Shown piece by piece: positions 1 through 9,065 of a stretch of DNA of 62,279 bases (position 1 is the first letter of the stretch; each line of letters starts with the position of its first letter). This stretch comes from a virus. Lineage: Duplodnaviria; Caudoviricetes. Made by a program: the position numbers and the translations under genes. The notes under the pieces were generated by a model. The model was not told the origin of the DNA, ran no database searches, and saw nothing but the letters and a program-made list of their open reading frames with translations. The stretch spans positions 1 through 62,279 of the IMG/VR virus record IMGVR_UViG_3300032116_000190. The stretch is one strand, 5' to 3'.

Positions 1-2
1 GT

Positions 3-1865
3 GCAAACTCAGGCATTAAGTTCCCAGATGGTAGCATTCAAACTACTGCTGCTGGAAATGGTGGATTACCATTATCAAATGGCAACAGCATCATTAATAT
101 TGCTACACTAGATGGTAACATCACACTTGATGCTAATGGCAATACTTTTACATTTGGTACTGACGGTAATCTCACTATTCCAAGCAACTTAGTAATTGGT
201 GCGAACGGGGCCGGCGGATCAAGCATCTATCAATTTGATGCACCTCTTCAAGTTTTAGGAGAAGGTGCTAACAGCGCATTGATAGTGGGCTGGACCGCAA
301 ATAGTAGTGGACCAGAAAATGTGGCAGCTATTGCCTTCAATAATCCATTAGGCAATGGTGCTGGTAATCTAGTCATAGGAGTCGGCAATAACGCAACTAC
401 GGTTAATTATTGGAACTTTGACAACACGGGTAACTTAATATTGCCAGGCAATGGTTATATTAGTAACCCAATCAACAGTTCACTGGATCCATTAAATCCA
501 AATGTCAGTACGATGATCTTTACACCAGACTCTGGCTATAGTTCACAGTCATTAGTGCTTGACCCAACTGCTCCTGGACATATTCACTTACGAGCACCGG
601 GCGCAAACATTGACGAACCATATGCTAATATATTCTTAGGTGGTGAAGATTCAAGTTTTGAAGTAGGTTATTATAACGGTAGTGCTCCTAACTTATACAT
701 TCACAGTGGTGGCAACACTTGGACATTTAGTAATGACGGAACTACAACGTTCCCTACAGGTAATATAACTTCTAACACATCATTGCAATTCACTACAACA
801 TTTGCCAATGTTAAAACAGTAGAATATCAAACAGCAGGTGTATGGGATCTATATGTTGAAGATAGTATCACAGGATCTAATACCGCGGCTTCTCGTCTAA
901 ACGTATCTTTCAAAGATAATCTAATAGATAAGCCTCAAGTCTACATTGAAAACACAAAAGAAAGTGATGGCATAGCCCTTCGTTGGACATTTGACGAAAA
1001 TGGTAACTTGAACTTCCCACGTGATGTAGCAGGCAACACTGATCCTTTCTTAACTATCAGTGGTGGGGCAAGCCCAAGAATCTTGTCAGAAGATGTTAGT
1101 TTAGCAGGTCCTGCTAATCTTGAGATTACGGCTCTTAATACTATATTCACCGGCTCTAGTGGTAGCGCAATCAAGATTTACCCTGATGATGGTGAAGTTG
1201 CGTCTGATGGTAATCTTCAGATTTGGTCTAACGTAGTCGGCAATACTCAATATAGTTGGACGTTTGATACTGATGGTAACTTGACACTACCTGGAAATAT
1301 ATCGCTTTCAACAGCAAATGGTATTATTGATTCTACTAGTAACCTAGAGATTTACTCAGGAACCGATGGCAATAACGGTGCATACCTAGCACTTGGCTCC
1401 GGTAGTGGAAATATCGGCGGAGACATTTCAATAATCTCAGGTGAAGGCACTGTCACTACTGGAGGAAACATAATTCTTCAAGGTGGTATTGGCAACACTA
1501 AGGGCGGCAACGCTACACTTCAAGGCGGATCCGGTCTTGGTGCCGGGGGCAACGGCGGAGATGTTGAGATTGTCGGTGGTATCGCAAACGTAGGAGGATT
1601 AAGCGGAAACATCACTCTTTATTCAGGAGTGAATCAGTGGAAGTTTGACAATTCTGGAAATCTAACTATACCATCTAATACAGTAAAGATCAACTTCGCT
1701 AACGGTAGTCCTGCTTTTGCTAACTTAGTACAATGGACTACTGCTCCTGTAGCAAATACAAGCGCAGGAACAGCAGGACAAGCTGCATATGATAGTGGTG
1801 GAAATCTCTATGTATGCGTGTCTACGAACACTTGGGCTAAGTTCTCAGGAACAACTAGCTGGTAA
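3..1865 (+). CDS. Tail fibre/virion structural protein, 5' truncated by window edge
   Basis: Frame open from base 3; G/N/T/S-rich with repeated W-x-F-D-x-x-G-x-L-x-L-P units; ends YVCVSTNTWAK...W. Confidence 0.7.
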   Translation, partial: ANSGIKFPDGSIQTTAAGNGGLPLSNGNSIINIATLDGNITLDANGNTFTFGTDGNLTIPSNLVIGANGAGGSSIYQFDAPLQVLGEGANSALIVGWTANSSGPENVAAIAFNNPLGNGAGNLVIGVGNNATTVNYWNFDNTGNLILPGNGYISNPINSSLDPLNPNVSTMIFTPDSGYSSQSLVLDPTAPGHIHLRAPGANIDEPYANIFLGGEDSSFEVGYYNGSAPNLYIHSGGNTWTFSNDGTTTFPTGNITSNTSLQFTTTFANVKTVEYQTAGVWDLYVEDSITGSNTAASRLNVSFKDNLIDKPQVYIENTKESDGIALRWTFDENGNLNFPRDVAGNTDPFLTISGGASPRILSEDVSLAGPANLEITALNTIFTGSSGSAIKIYPDDGEVASDGNLQIWSNVVGNTQYSWTFDTDGNLTLPGNISLSTANGIIDSTSNLEIYSGTDGNNGAYLALGSGSGNIGGDISIISGEGTVTTGGNIILQGGIGNTKGGNATLQGGSGLGAGGNGGDVEIVGGIANVGGLSGNITLYSGVNQWKFDNSGNLTIPSNTVKINFANGSPAFANLVQWTTAPVANTSAGTAGQAAYDSGGNLYVCVSTNTWAKFSGTTSW

Positions 1866-1869
1866 TAAG

Positions 1870-1895
1870 AAAGCCCCTTTCGGGGCTTTCTTTTT
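1870..1895. terminator. Bidirectional intrinsic terminator
   Basis: aaagcccc-tttc-ggggcttt-cttttt between convergent genes. Confidence 0.85.
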
Positions 1896-2097
1896 AGCTA
1901 TCACGGGGAAGTGATTCTACTTCAAGTAGAAGTGCCTGAACTTCATCAAGGTCCTTGCACATTAGCTTGACTGAACACCAATCATCTTTCTTGTCACGAC
2001 CGTTTGCTTCAACCATGTATGCGTTGTCATAGAAATAGACGTTGACGCATTCACCAACCTTAGCAAGCTTGTCGCCAATCTTCTTAGCCTTAGCCAT
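1894..2097 (-). CDS. Hypothetical protein
   Basis: 67-aa ORF, GGAGG RBS, overlaps upstream gene. Confidence 0.7.
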   Translation of the reverse strand: MAKAKKIGDKLAKVGECVNVYFYDNAYMVEANGRDKKDDWCSVKLMCKDLDEVQALLLEVESLPRDS

Positions 2098-2464
2098 TTA
2101 CTGCCTCCAAAATGTCATTAACAGAAACGTCCTTGCGCGGACGATTCTTAATTGCGTCAAGAGAAATGTTCTTCTTGACCTTTACTTCACCCTTACGTGC
2201 TTCCTTTTCCTTGTCAGCAAGAGTATCAAGAATCGTTGCCTGATCATCCTCAGACGAAAACTCACGACAAGTAAGCATATACTTGAGAGCATCAATCTTG
2301 GTCATTTCCTCAGGAAGTTCAATAAAGTCAATACGGCTTGCGCCGCCCTTACTAAACTGCTTGACACGGCGGACCATGTCATGCGTAAAACGAACCTTAA
2401 CGTTACCGTTGTGTTCGGTAATGCCGACAACCTTAAAAGTTTGTGAAGTCATATTATTCTCCAT
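2090..2464 (-). CDS. Hypothetical phage protein
   Basis: 124-aa ORF downstream of TTGACA-type promoter. Confidence 0.7.
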   Translation of the reverse strand: MENNMTSQTFKVVGITEHNGNVKVRFTHDMVRRVKQFSKGGASRIDFIELPEEMTKIDALKYMLTCREFSSEDDQATILDTLADKEKEARKGEVKVKKNISLDAIKNRPRKDVSVNDILEAVNG

Positions 2465-2557
2465 AAAAAGAGTTAGTTAAAAGTTGTGTACAATTACACA
2501 TTATTGTTATAACAGGTATGGGCACCCATGTCAATTGACATAGTGCCCAAAACACTT

Positions 2558-2707
2558 TTAGCGAATGAGATTCGCACCTTCTGAAATCAACTGCCTGCCA
2601 TAGAGTGCCTTAGCAAGTTCAATTGCTCGGAAGTTATTTTCTGCCTGTAGTTCTACCCGCATGGGCATACCGGACGAATTCTTAATCATAACCCAAAAAG
2701 TATGCAT
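2558..2707 (-). CDS. Small hypothetical protein
   Basis: Likely start MHTFWV after AAGG. Confidence 0.55.
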   Translation of the reverse strand: MHTFWVMIKNSSGMPMRVELQAENNFRAIELAKALYGRQLISEGANLIR

Positions 2708-2720
2708 TAGTTTACCTTTC

Positions 2721-3134
2721 TTACTTAGTAACAATGTAGGGCTTATTCCACTTGCCCACGTTAATGTCAATGTAGTGACTGACATGGAAGTAGTCAGTCA
2801 TAGAATCCGAATGATCAAAGAACTTCGGGCCCTTCATCGCAGCAATGACTTCTGCGAGGAACTTCTTAGCCTTACCAGTGAAATGTTCATCAGTCCAGTA
2901 AGGATTAACCTGAATATAGCCGTCAGCTTTGTAACCCTGACGAAGATCACCTGCGTTACGCTGATCAACAACATCGTTATAATTCTTGATGAAGTCAATC
3001 TTGCCTGACTTGATATTGAGAACGAGAGTAGAATGATTGCTAACAGCAAGCGAACCCTTAACGCCATACTTATTAAGAATGGACTTGATTGCGGGAGCGA
3101 GTTCTGCCTTCATCTGCTGCGAAACGTAAGCCAT
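2721..3134 (-). CDS. Hypothetical phage protein
   Basis: 137-aa ORF with own promoter. Confidence 0.75.
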   Translation of the reverse strand: MAYVSQQMKAELAPAIKSILNKYGVKGSLAVSNHSTLVLNIKSGKIDFIKNYNDVVDQRNAGDLRQGYKADGYIQVNPYWTDEHFTGKAKKFLAEVIAAMKGPKFFDHSDSMTDYFHVSHYIDINVGKWNKPYIVTK

Positions 3135-3224
3135 TTTGTAAACCCTTTCTTCGTTCTTGATATACTCTTATAACAAGTTTGGGCACCTTTGTCAACCAAA
3201 AAGTGACCTTTTTGCAAAATATTT

Positions 3225-3539
3225 TTAGCCGGGATAGCGAGTAGGCTTACGAACGATCTTACCATTTTCATAGATTTCTAGATCGTAGTTATCATCTTCG
3301 GGGTCAGCAGTCTCGCTGAACCACCCACCGCCCTTGCGGAAAGAACGGAGCCAAAGCTTAGCACCATGCTTAGTCCAAAACCACTGACTACGATTTTCAC
3401 CGTAATAGAGATAATCTCGGATGTTACGAGCGCCCTTCTGATAACCGATGAAGTTAATAACTAGAGCGATAATCAGTGCGCTAATTGCTAGAGCAACAAT
3501 ACCCGAAACAATCATACCAACGATAGTGAAAAACGCCAT
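3225..3539 (-). CDS. Membrane-anchored hypothetical protein
   Basis: N-terminal hydrophobic helix; GGAG RBS. Confidence 0.7.
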   Translation of the reverse strand: MAFFTIVGMIVSGIVALAISALIIALVINFIGYQKGARNIRDYLYYGENRSQWFWTKHGAKLWLRSFRKGGGWFSETADPEDDNYDLEIYENGKIVRKPTRYPG

Positions 3540-3564
3540 AACATTATCTCCTTGCTATACATTC

Positions 3565-3593
3565 TTTATAGCAAAATGGGCAAACAATGTCAA
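3565..3593 (-). promoter_or_regulatory. Repeated sigma70-type early promoter (TTGACA...TGCCCA...GCTATAA)
   Basis: Near-identical copies at ~18904, 44242, 50938; variants at 2508, 3168. Confidence 0.8.
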
Positions 3594-3650
3594 CCAAAAA
3601 GATGCCAGCCACAAAAAAAGGTAGAGTCGGTTAAGACCCTACCTTTCTTA

Positions 3651-4325
3651 TTAAGCTCGTTCGTAGAAGATATGAGCACCGATTCTAACGAGTCGGTCTA
3701 CATTTCTCCAATTTGGACTCACATAGGTTGCATGATAATACACTGCATCCTCTAGTCCCTTTACCCTAAAGCCGTGAGTTAGTGCTTCTCGGGCTATTTC
3801 TCTGCTTTCTCTCCATGCTTCACTTGAGCGCGGAGTAGTCCACCGAATGCTACGATTATTGGCCCAGGAGAATTGATAAGGTTCAAATACGACACCGCAA
3901 ATAGTGTCTCTCCAAAGAGGGTGCTTCATTCTATTGATAGTTACCTGAGCAACAGCAAACTTACCTAAACGACTTTGATTACCAGCTTCATGATAAATGT
4001 TCTTTGCCATGCAGAACATATCCTCTTCTGTATATCTAATCTTATCAGGCGTGTCAACAATGGATAGAAACTTAGCATTTCTCCATTCTTCCATAAATCT
4101 CTGTTGTGGGGTTTGTATAGGTTCCTGCTTAGGACGTTCAATCTGCGTAGCTGCTTGATCTACTTGTGTAGTTTGTGTAGCCTCTTGCGCCTTTGCGCTA
4201 GGCATTAAACTAGCAGGGGTATATGTGTTAATAAATTGCCAAATGAAAATTACAGAAAGTGCGGCAATTAGAACTTTCCAAGTTTTTGCTACGTCTATGG
4301 TAGCGTTAGATTGAGAATATAACAT
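3651..4325 (-). CDS. SleB-family cell wall hydrolase with N-terminal TM helix
   Basis: CMAKNIYHEA..VAQVTINR..QFSW..YYHATYV..IGAHIFY. Confidence 0.9.
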   Translation of the reverse strand: MLYSQSNATIDVAKTWKVLIAALSVIFIWQFINTYTPASLMPSAKAQEATQTTQVDQAATQIERPKQEPIQTPQQRFMEEWRNAKFLSIVDTPDKIRYTEEDMFCMAKNIYHEAGNQSRLGKFAVAQVTINRMKHPLWRDTICGVVFEPYQFSWANNRSIRWTTPRSSEAWRESREIAREALTHGFRVKGLEDAVYYHATYVSPNWRNVDRLVRIGAHIFYERA

Positions 4326-4504
4326 TATTTTTCCTTAATTGGGCCGCTTTATGATACAATAGGCATGTTGTCTAGTCCTTCTTACGGGACACCTTATCTA
4401 TCTACTAAAGTAGCACTTCCAATAGTGTTAAAATAGGATGACCCTATCAATGATAGGGTCATGCATGTCCTACGTGAACACTATGTGGCAATTAACTGAA
4501 ATAA

Positions 4505-4669
4505 TCAGTCAATGTAAGCTTGACTTTCTCTCTTTTGATGTTTGGACTTACGCTTGTATGCAGTCTTAAGTTTGACTGCTTTAGGCTTAAAGGGAGTACC
4601 ATGAGCATAAAACTCTAAGGCTCTCGTCTTTTTACGTCCTAGTGTGATATGTAAAATTTCGCTTTTCAT
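4505..4669 (-). CDS. Small basic ArfA-like protein (54 aa, not in ORF track)
   Basis: MKSEILHITLGRKKTRALEFYAHGTPFKPKAVKLKTAYKRKSKHQKRESQAYID; F..V..YxRKxKH pattern. Confidence 0.5.
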   Translation of the reverse strand: MKSEILHITLGRKKTRALEFYAHGTPFKPKAVKLKTAYKRKSKHQKRESQAYID

Positions 4670-4899
4670 AATATCACACTACATCAAAACAGCTTGAATG
4701 TCAAGCCCTCTGTCAGAATTCTCACAACTGACATATATACTTAGCCCCTAAGGGCTGGTATAAAATACTTATATTACGGTTTTAGTCGTCACTCATCGTG
4801 AAAGACACACGCCCTGTCGTTTTCCAGGAATAAATAATAGTGTAGTCCGCGAGTCTCTAACCTCTCCGACTACTCTAACGCTTACGAGGAGCATCAGCT

Positions 4900-5340
4900 A
4901 TGACTATTTACTTATACAAAAAAACTCACAATGTAACTGGATTACAATATTTAGGCAAGACAACTCGCAATCCTTTTACGTATAAAGGATCGGGTGTTTA
5001 TTAGTCTAAACATATAAAAAAGCACGGATATGATGTTACCACCGTTATATTAAAAGAATGTGAAACCAACGAAGAGGTCAAAAAATGGGGCCTTTACTAT
5101 AGTAATCTGTGGAATGTAGTAGAAAACAAGCTGTGGGCAAACTTAATACCGGAATCTGGGGAGGGCAGCGACGGTTCCATTAATATCATAAAAGATGAAA
5201 CTATTCTCGGAATTAAGAATATGCTTGATAGAAGAAAAAATAGACATGCAATTAATCAAGCCAAATTTTCTGCTAAGCGATCTACGAAGGGCTCTAAAAA
5301 ACGAGAACTCTTGAGGAGTAAGCTTACTCGCCGTCAATAA
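4900..5340 (+). pseudogene. GIY-YIG homing endonuclease with in-frame TAG at 5002-5004
   Basis: MTIYLYKKTHNVTGLQYLGKT..YKGSGVY*SKHIKKHG..WANLIPESG; GAGGAG RBS; frame otherwise open. Confidence 0.8.
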
Positions 5341-5641
5341 CAAATTCTACCCGCTTTACCGACGATAGAGTGAAGCTGCGCCAGCCCTGTGCGTCAAGAT
5401 CATACACAGAAAGAACACTGTCATTCTGCTTACGAGGGGCCTTGTCTTCCTTGATTTCAACAACAGGAAGCATATCACCACGAAGGGTGCAGTTCATTAC
5501 ACGTTCGGTACCATCCTTCTTAGTGAAGGTGATAGTAGCTGGCTGCACAGTGAGTACACCCTTGAGCCAGCCACGAAACACTTCAATGTCATTATCAAGA
5601 GTGTGCTGATCGGGTTCATAAACGTTCATATTTTCAACCAT
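5324..5641 (-). CDS. WYL_2/Sm-like SH3 barrel protein
   Basis: FTKKDGTERVMNCTL..VYDLDAQGWRSF. Confidence 0.75.
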   Translation of the reverse strand: MVENMNVYEPDQHTLDNDIEVFRGWLKGVLTVQPATITFTKKDGTERVMNCTLRGDMLPVVEIKEDKAPRKQNDSVLSVYDLDAQGWRSFTLSSVKRVEFVIDGE

Positions 5642-5777
5642 TTTCTTATCCTTGTTACTGATTCACTAAATGTAATATAACACAAAATTGCTATCCAGTA
5701 AAGACTGAATATAACCAAACCAACTAGCCATAGTAGCGAAACTAATGCCAAAATCAGAATAGTTTCTAACTTAGATA

Positions 5778-6017
5778 TCATGTTCCGCGTGTCAACAAAT
5801 AGACAGTTAGATCCGAACCGTCTAACTTAGTAGTATCAGATGGGTACTTATTGGTAGTAGGTCTCCAATCTTTGCCAGTCGTGACTCTAACCATCTTTTG
5901 ATTAAGCTTGTCAATTTTGCCAATCTTAAGTTGGTTAGAGTCTGGATAGGCAACATAATCACCTACGTTGAGAATGCGACCCAAAAGGTCCTTGTGTTCC
6001 GGAAGCGGTTTAGGCAT
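5778..6017 (-). CDS. Hypothetical protein
   Basis: DLLGRILNVGDYVAY SH3-like start. Confidence 0.7.
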   Translation of the reverse strand: MPKPLPEHKDLLGRILNVGDYVAYPDSNQLKIGKIDKLNQKMVRVTTGKDWRPTTNKYPSDTTKLDGSDLTVYLLTRGT

Positions 6018-6018
6018 G

Positions 6019-6279
6019 TTACTTCTTCAACGTTTCCCAAGTACGCTTTTTGTTTATATCCTTTTCCCGATGCTTAACTCCAAGCTTATATGGGAGATAG
6101 AATGGGGCGGCAACAATACCTACTATGAGAATCAAAGGCCAAATTAGGGATGCTATAAAAGCAGTAAACATTATCATTGGCCTATCATCCTCATTAGGAT
6201 GAGTTTGTCTTCCGATAAGGTATAACAAACCAGAAAAAATAAGGATGGCAATAACTAGCCAAAGCACAAACATATTCAT
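6019..6279 (-). CDS. Small membrane protein
   Basis: Two hydrophobic segments. Confidence 0.7.
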   Translation of the reverse strand: MNMFVLWLVIAILIFSGLLYLIGRQTHPNEDDRPMIMFTAFIASLIWPLILIVGIVAAPFYLPYKLGVKHREKDINKKRTWETLKK

Positions 6280-6620
6280 TATACCCTCGGTCCTCTAGGC
6301 ATAGTAGGCTTGCGAATCTTTAGAATCTTGCGATCTTCTTCACTAAGACGGTCCCACGCATTCTTCTTGATTTCGTAGATTCTCCAAGCTTCTCTACGCT
6401 TCTCAACAGTAGCATTAGCTTGCTTTACAATCTTGCCCCACCAGTTACGGCTTTCATCATCACGAAGGAACAAGAAGGTAGCATGACCTGACTTAACTAG
6501 TGCAACCATAGTCTTACGCAGAATACGTTCATTTTGGTTGACATAGTTCTTCTTGTCAGTGTTACGAAGGATTTCTTCATAAACTTCGGGAGCAATCTGT
6601 AGTTCAGTATCTTCGTTCAT
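6279..6620 (-). CDS. Hypothetical protein
   Basis: Coupled ORF; resembles the neighbouring ORF (aromatic, coiled coil, L(S/T)xE(E/D) tail). Confidence 0.7.
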   Translation of the reverse strand: MNEDTELQIAPEVYEEILRNTDKKNYVNQNERILRKTMVALVKSGHATFLFLRDDESRNWWGKIVKQANATVEKRREAWRIYEIKKNAWDRLSEEDRKILKIRKPTMPRGPRV

Positions 6621-7039
6621 CGCTTTGTAACCTTTCTAGGCTTCTTAACAAGACCAAATGCTTCAAGCTCCTCAGGAGTAAGCTTGGTCATAACCTCTTC
6701 ACGCTTAGCCTGTTCAATGGCTCGCTTTTCAGCAAGCTTTGCCTGCCGCTGGCGTTCTCTTTCTCTCGCCTGTTCAGCACGAATCTTTTCAGATTGGATT
6801 TGGTTCCAGTAGGTACGCACTTGCTTGTTCTTAGTGAGCAAGGTGTCAAATTCAACGCCCTTAGAGTATGCTTCAAGAACCGCAGTAGCGACTTCATCAC
6901 CGCGGGTATCCTTGTAGTAACCTCTAGAATATGAATAACCCATGTCTTTTGCCTCATCTATCCAAATACTATCCACAGATTTTCCATAGATACGCTGGGC
7001 GAAAATCTGTTTAATCCAACCGTAATCATCATCGTTCAT
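6617..7039 (-). CDS. Hypothetical coiled-coil protein
   Basis: ORF ending KLTPEELEAFGL; start uncertain. Confidence 0.65.
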   Translation of the reverse strand: MNDDDYGWIKQIFAQRIYGKSVDSIWIDEAKDMGYSYSRGYYKDTRGDEVATAVLEAYSKGVEFDTLLTKNKQVRTYWNQIQSEKIRAEQARERERQRQAKLAEKRAIEQAKREEVMTKLTPEELEAFGLVKKPRKVTKR

Positions 7040-7079
7040 AAGATTCACTATACTATAGTAGGGGAGTGGTGTCAACCGT

Positions 7080-7508
7080 TTATTGCAGTATGTTAGCCAA
7101 AAGTTGCTGTTCTCTGCTGGTTACGTCAAGTTCCCAAGGAAGCCGGGTATACTCTTTGTATGACATTTTAGATTGATTCAGCTTGTACGTCTTTCCTTCC
7201 CATACACAGTCGCCAAATCTCGTTACTGACAGTCTACCCTCGTGTATCTGATTCAAGTGCAGTAACTCGTGTACTAGTGGATATATCAGTTCTTTAGTAG
7301 ATAGCTGTAGGTTGATACGGACCTTGCTTTCCTTATTGAATGTCAGTGTGGACTCACCATACGCATTGTGACCCAAATCTACAAACTCAACTATGATATT
7401 ATTTGGCAGGGAAATATATAAAGAGGCAGCCTGACACAAAGAAGTAGCAACTTTGGCTTTCTCTATGTCAGGCTGTTGGTATTTGGGAAATCTAACAGTA
7501 ACGCTCAT
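7080..7508 (-). CDS. Zn metallopeptidase-like protein
   Basis: HELLH motif followed by LPWE. Confidence 0.75.
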   Translation of the reverse strand: MSVTVRFPKYQQPDIEKAKVATSLCQAASLYISLPNNIIVEFVDLGHNAYGESTLTFNKESKVRINLQLSTKELIYPLVHELLHLNQIHEGRLSVTRFGDCVWEGKTYKLNQSKMSYKEYTRLPWELDVTSREQQLLANILQ

Positions 7509-7516
7509 TCAACTAT

Positions 7517-8104
7517 TTAATCAATGATTGGACCATTACCATTTCTAAAACCAATTTGACCTCCCTGATCCTTGATACGCTGGATTGCGTCTTCAAACAA
7601 GATGGGCCGGAAGTCTGTTTGTTCAACACAAACGCAGAAGTAGTCAGGATCAATAACTTGCTTCTTAAAGGGCCATATACCCACAGTCTTCATTACACGA
7701 TTTCCGTGAGTGTGACCGTGAATGTTAGTGCCAAAACGAGCAATGCTTCCCTTGCTTACAGGAATGTGACTCAGGATCATACCGTTCATAACATGATATG
7801 CACGAATGTCTCGGAAGTACTTCACATAATCCTTCAACGGAAAGATATCGTGGTTGCCCTTAATCAGAACCTTATCACCGTTAAGACGGTCTAGTGTTGC
7901 CAACGCTCTGCGATTGATAACAACATCGCCCAAGTGATAGACCTTATCCTTAGGACCCACGGTCTCGTTCCAACGCTTGATCATTTCTTCGTCCATTTCC
8001 TCAACAGAGTCCCAGGGACGAACAGGCGAACCATCGTAGTTGGTGAACTTGCAGATGTTGGCATGACCAAAGTGCGTGTCGCTGGTCAGAAAAACTGCTG
8101 GCAT
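7517..8104 (-). CDS. Calcineurin-like metallophosphoesterase
   Basis: SDTHFGH, HLGD, GNHD, HGHTH. Confidence 0.9.
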   Translation of the reverse strand: MPAVFLTSDTHFGHANICKFTNYDGSPVRPWDSVEEMDEEMIKRWNETVGPKDKVYHLGDVVINRRALATLDRLNGDKVLIKGNHDIFPLKDYVKYFRDIRAYHVMNGMILSHIPVSKGSIARFGTNIHGHTHGNRVMKTVGIWPFKKQVIDPDYFCVCVEQTDFRPILFEDAIQRIKDQGGQIGFRNGNGPIID

Positions 8105-8158
8105 GAGTAATTCCTTTCTATAATTTGTTATACTAGATTTTGGGTAAGGTGTCAAGTA

Positions 8159-9049
8159 TTAATTTATGACATAGGGGAGGTTGTTTAGAATAAACTTAAG
8201 TTCAGGCTCTCCGAAGAGGTCTTCATATGGGTAACGAAATAACCAATCAAATGGTCTATGACTTGGTTTATTGTACCACTTCATCTTGTTTCTGAAATCT
8301 TTTAAAACATAATCATGACTATCATAGTGTTCTTTAAATTTTTCAAAACCATTCAACTTTTTTGTTTGAGGTATAACCGGAAACCCTCCCATTTGGTAAA
8401 GATGAACCCTATAAGCATACGTTATATGTGAAGTACTAAGGTTAGCTTTAGTATCGCTGGAAGACTCTAAAAAATTCAAACTATATGCTAACTCCGGTGT
8501 ATGTAGGAAAAAATAAGGTACAATGTTTTTTCCTTCCGAAGATTGACTAAATCTGTAGAGTCCTAACAAAGCATACGTTAAACTTGCTGACTGCATATTT
8601 AGAAAATTTCCGGAGTACATACAGGTACCCTCAATGAGGCTTGCCATTCTTATATGCATGGATATTTGAGGACTGCTACATTTGTATCTTTTTGCTATGC
8701 TATCGTATTCTTCTTCCAAAAACTTAAAGTAATCAAAATCTACTATGGTATATGAAATGTCTTCCTGTTCGCAAAAAATAGGAAGCGTCTTGATATCATG
8801 CTCGTTGAACGTTTCGTTGTACCGAAAACAGTATGCGTTAAACGGGTGTCCTGACATTTTCCACGCATACAACATGGCCTGACTATCTAGCCCGCCACTG
8901 ACCATAAGATTATAAGGAGGTGGATAATTTTTTACTATGTCATCAACTGCTTCAATAGCAGCGTGTAACGGATTTTTGACTGTTTCTTTAAAAGAAGGAA
9001 CTGTAAAATCAATTACAGTTCCTTCTACTTTTGCCCAATGATTTATCAT
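8159..9049 (-). CDS. PP-loop (asparagine synthase-like) ATPase-fold protein
   Basis: VSGGLDSQ motif. Confidence 0.6.
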   Translation of the reverse strand: MINHWAKVEGTVIDFTVPSFKETVKNPLHAAIEAVDDIVKNYPPPYNLMVSGGLDSQAMLYAWKMSGHPFNAYCFRYNETFNEHDIKTLPIFCEQEDISYTIVDFDYFKFLEEEYDSIAKRYKCSSPQISMHIRMASLIEGTCMYSGNFLNMQSASLTYALLGLYRFSQSSEGKNIVPYFFLHTPELAYSLNFLESSSDTKANLSTSHITYAYRVHLYQMGGFPVIPQTKKLNGFEKFKEHYDSHDYVLKDFRNKMKWYNKPSHRPFDWLFRYPYEDLFGEPELKFILNNLPYVIN

Positions 9050-9065
9050 AAAGAAAAGATAATGC

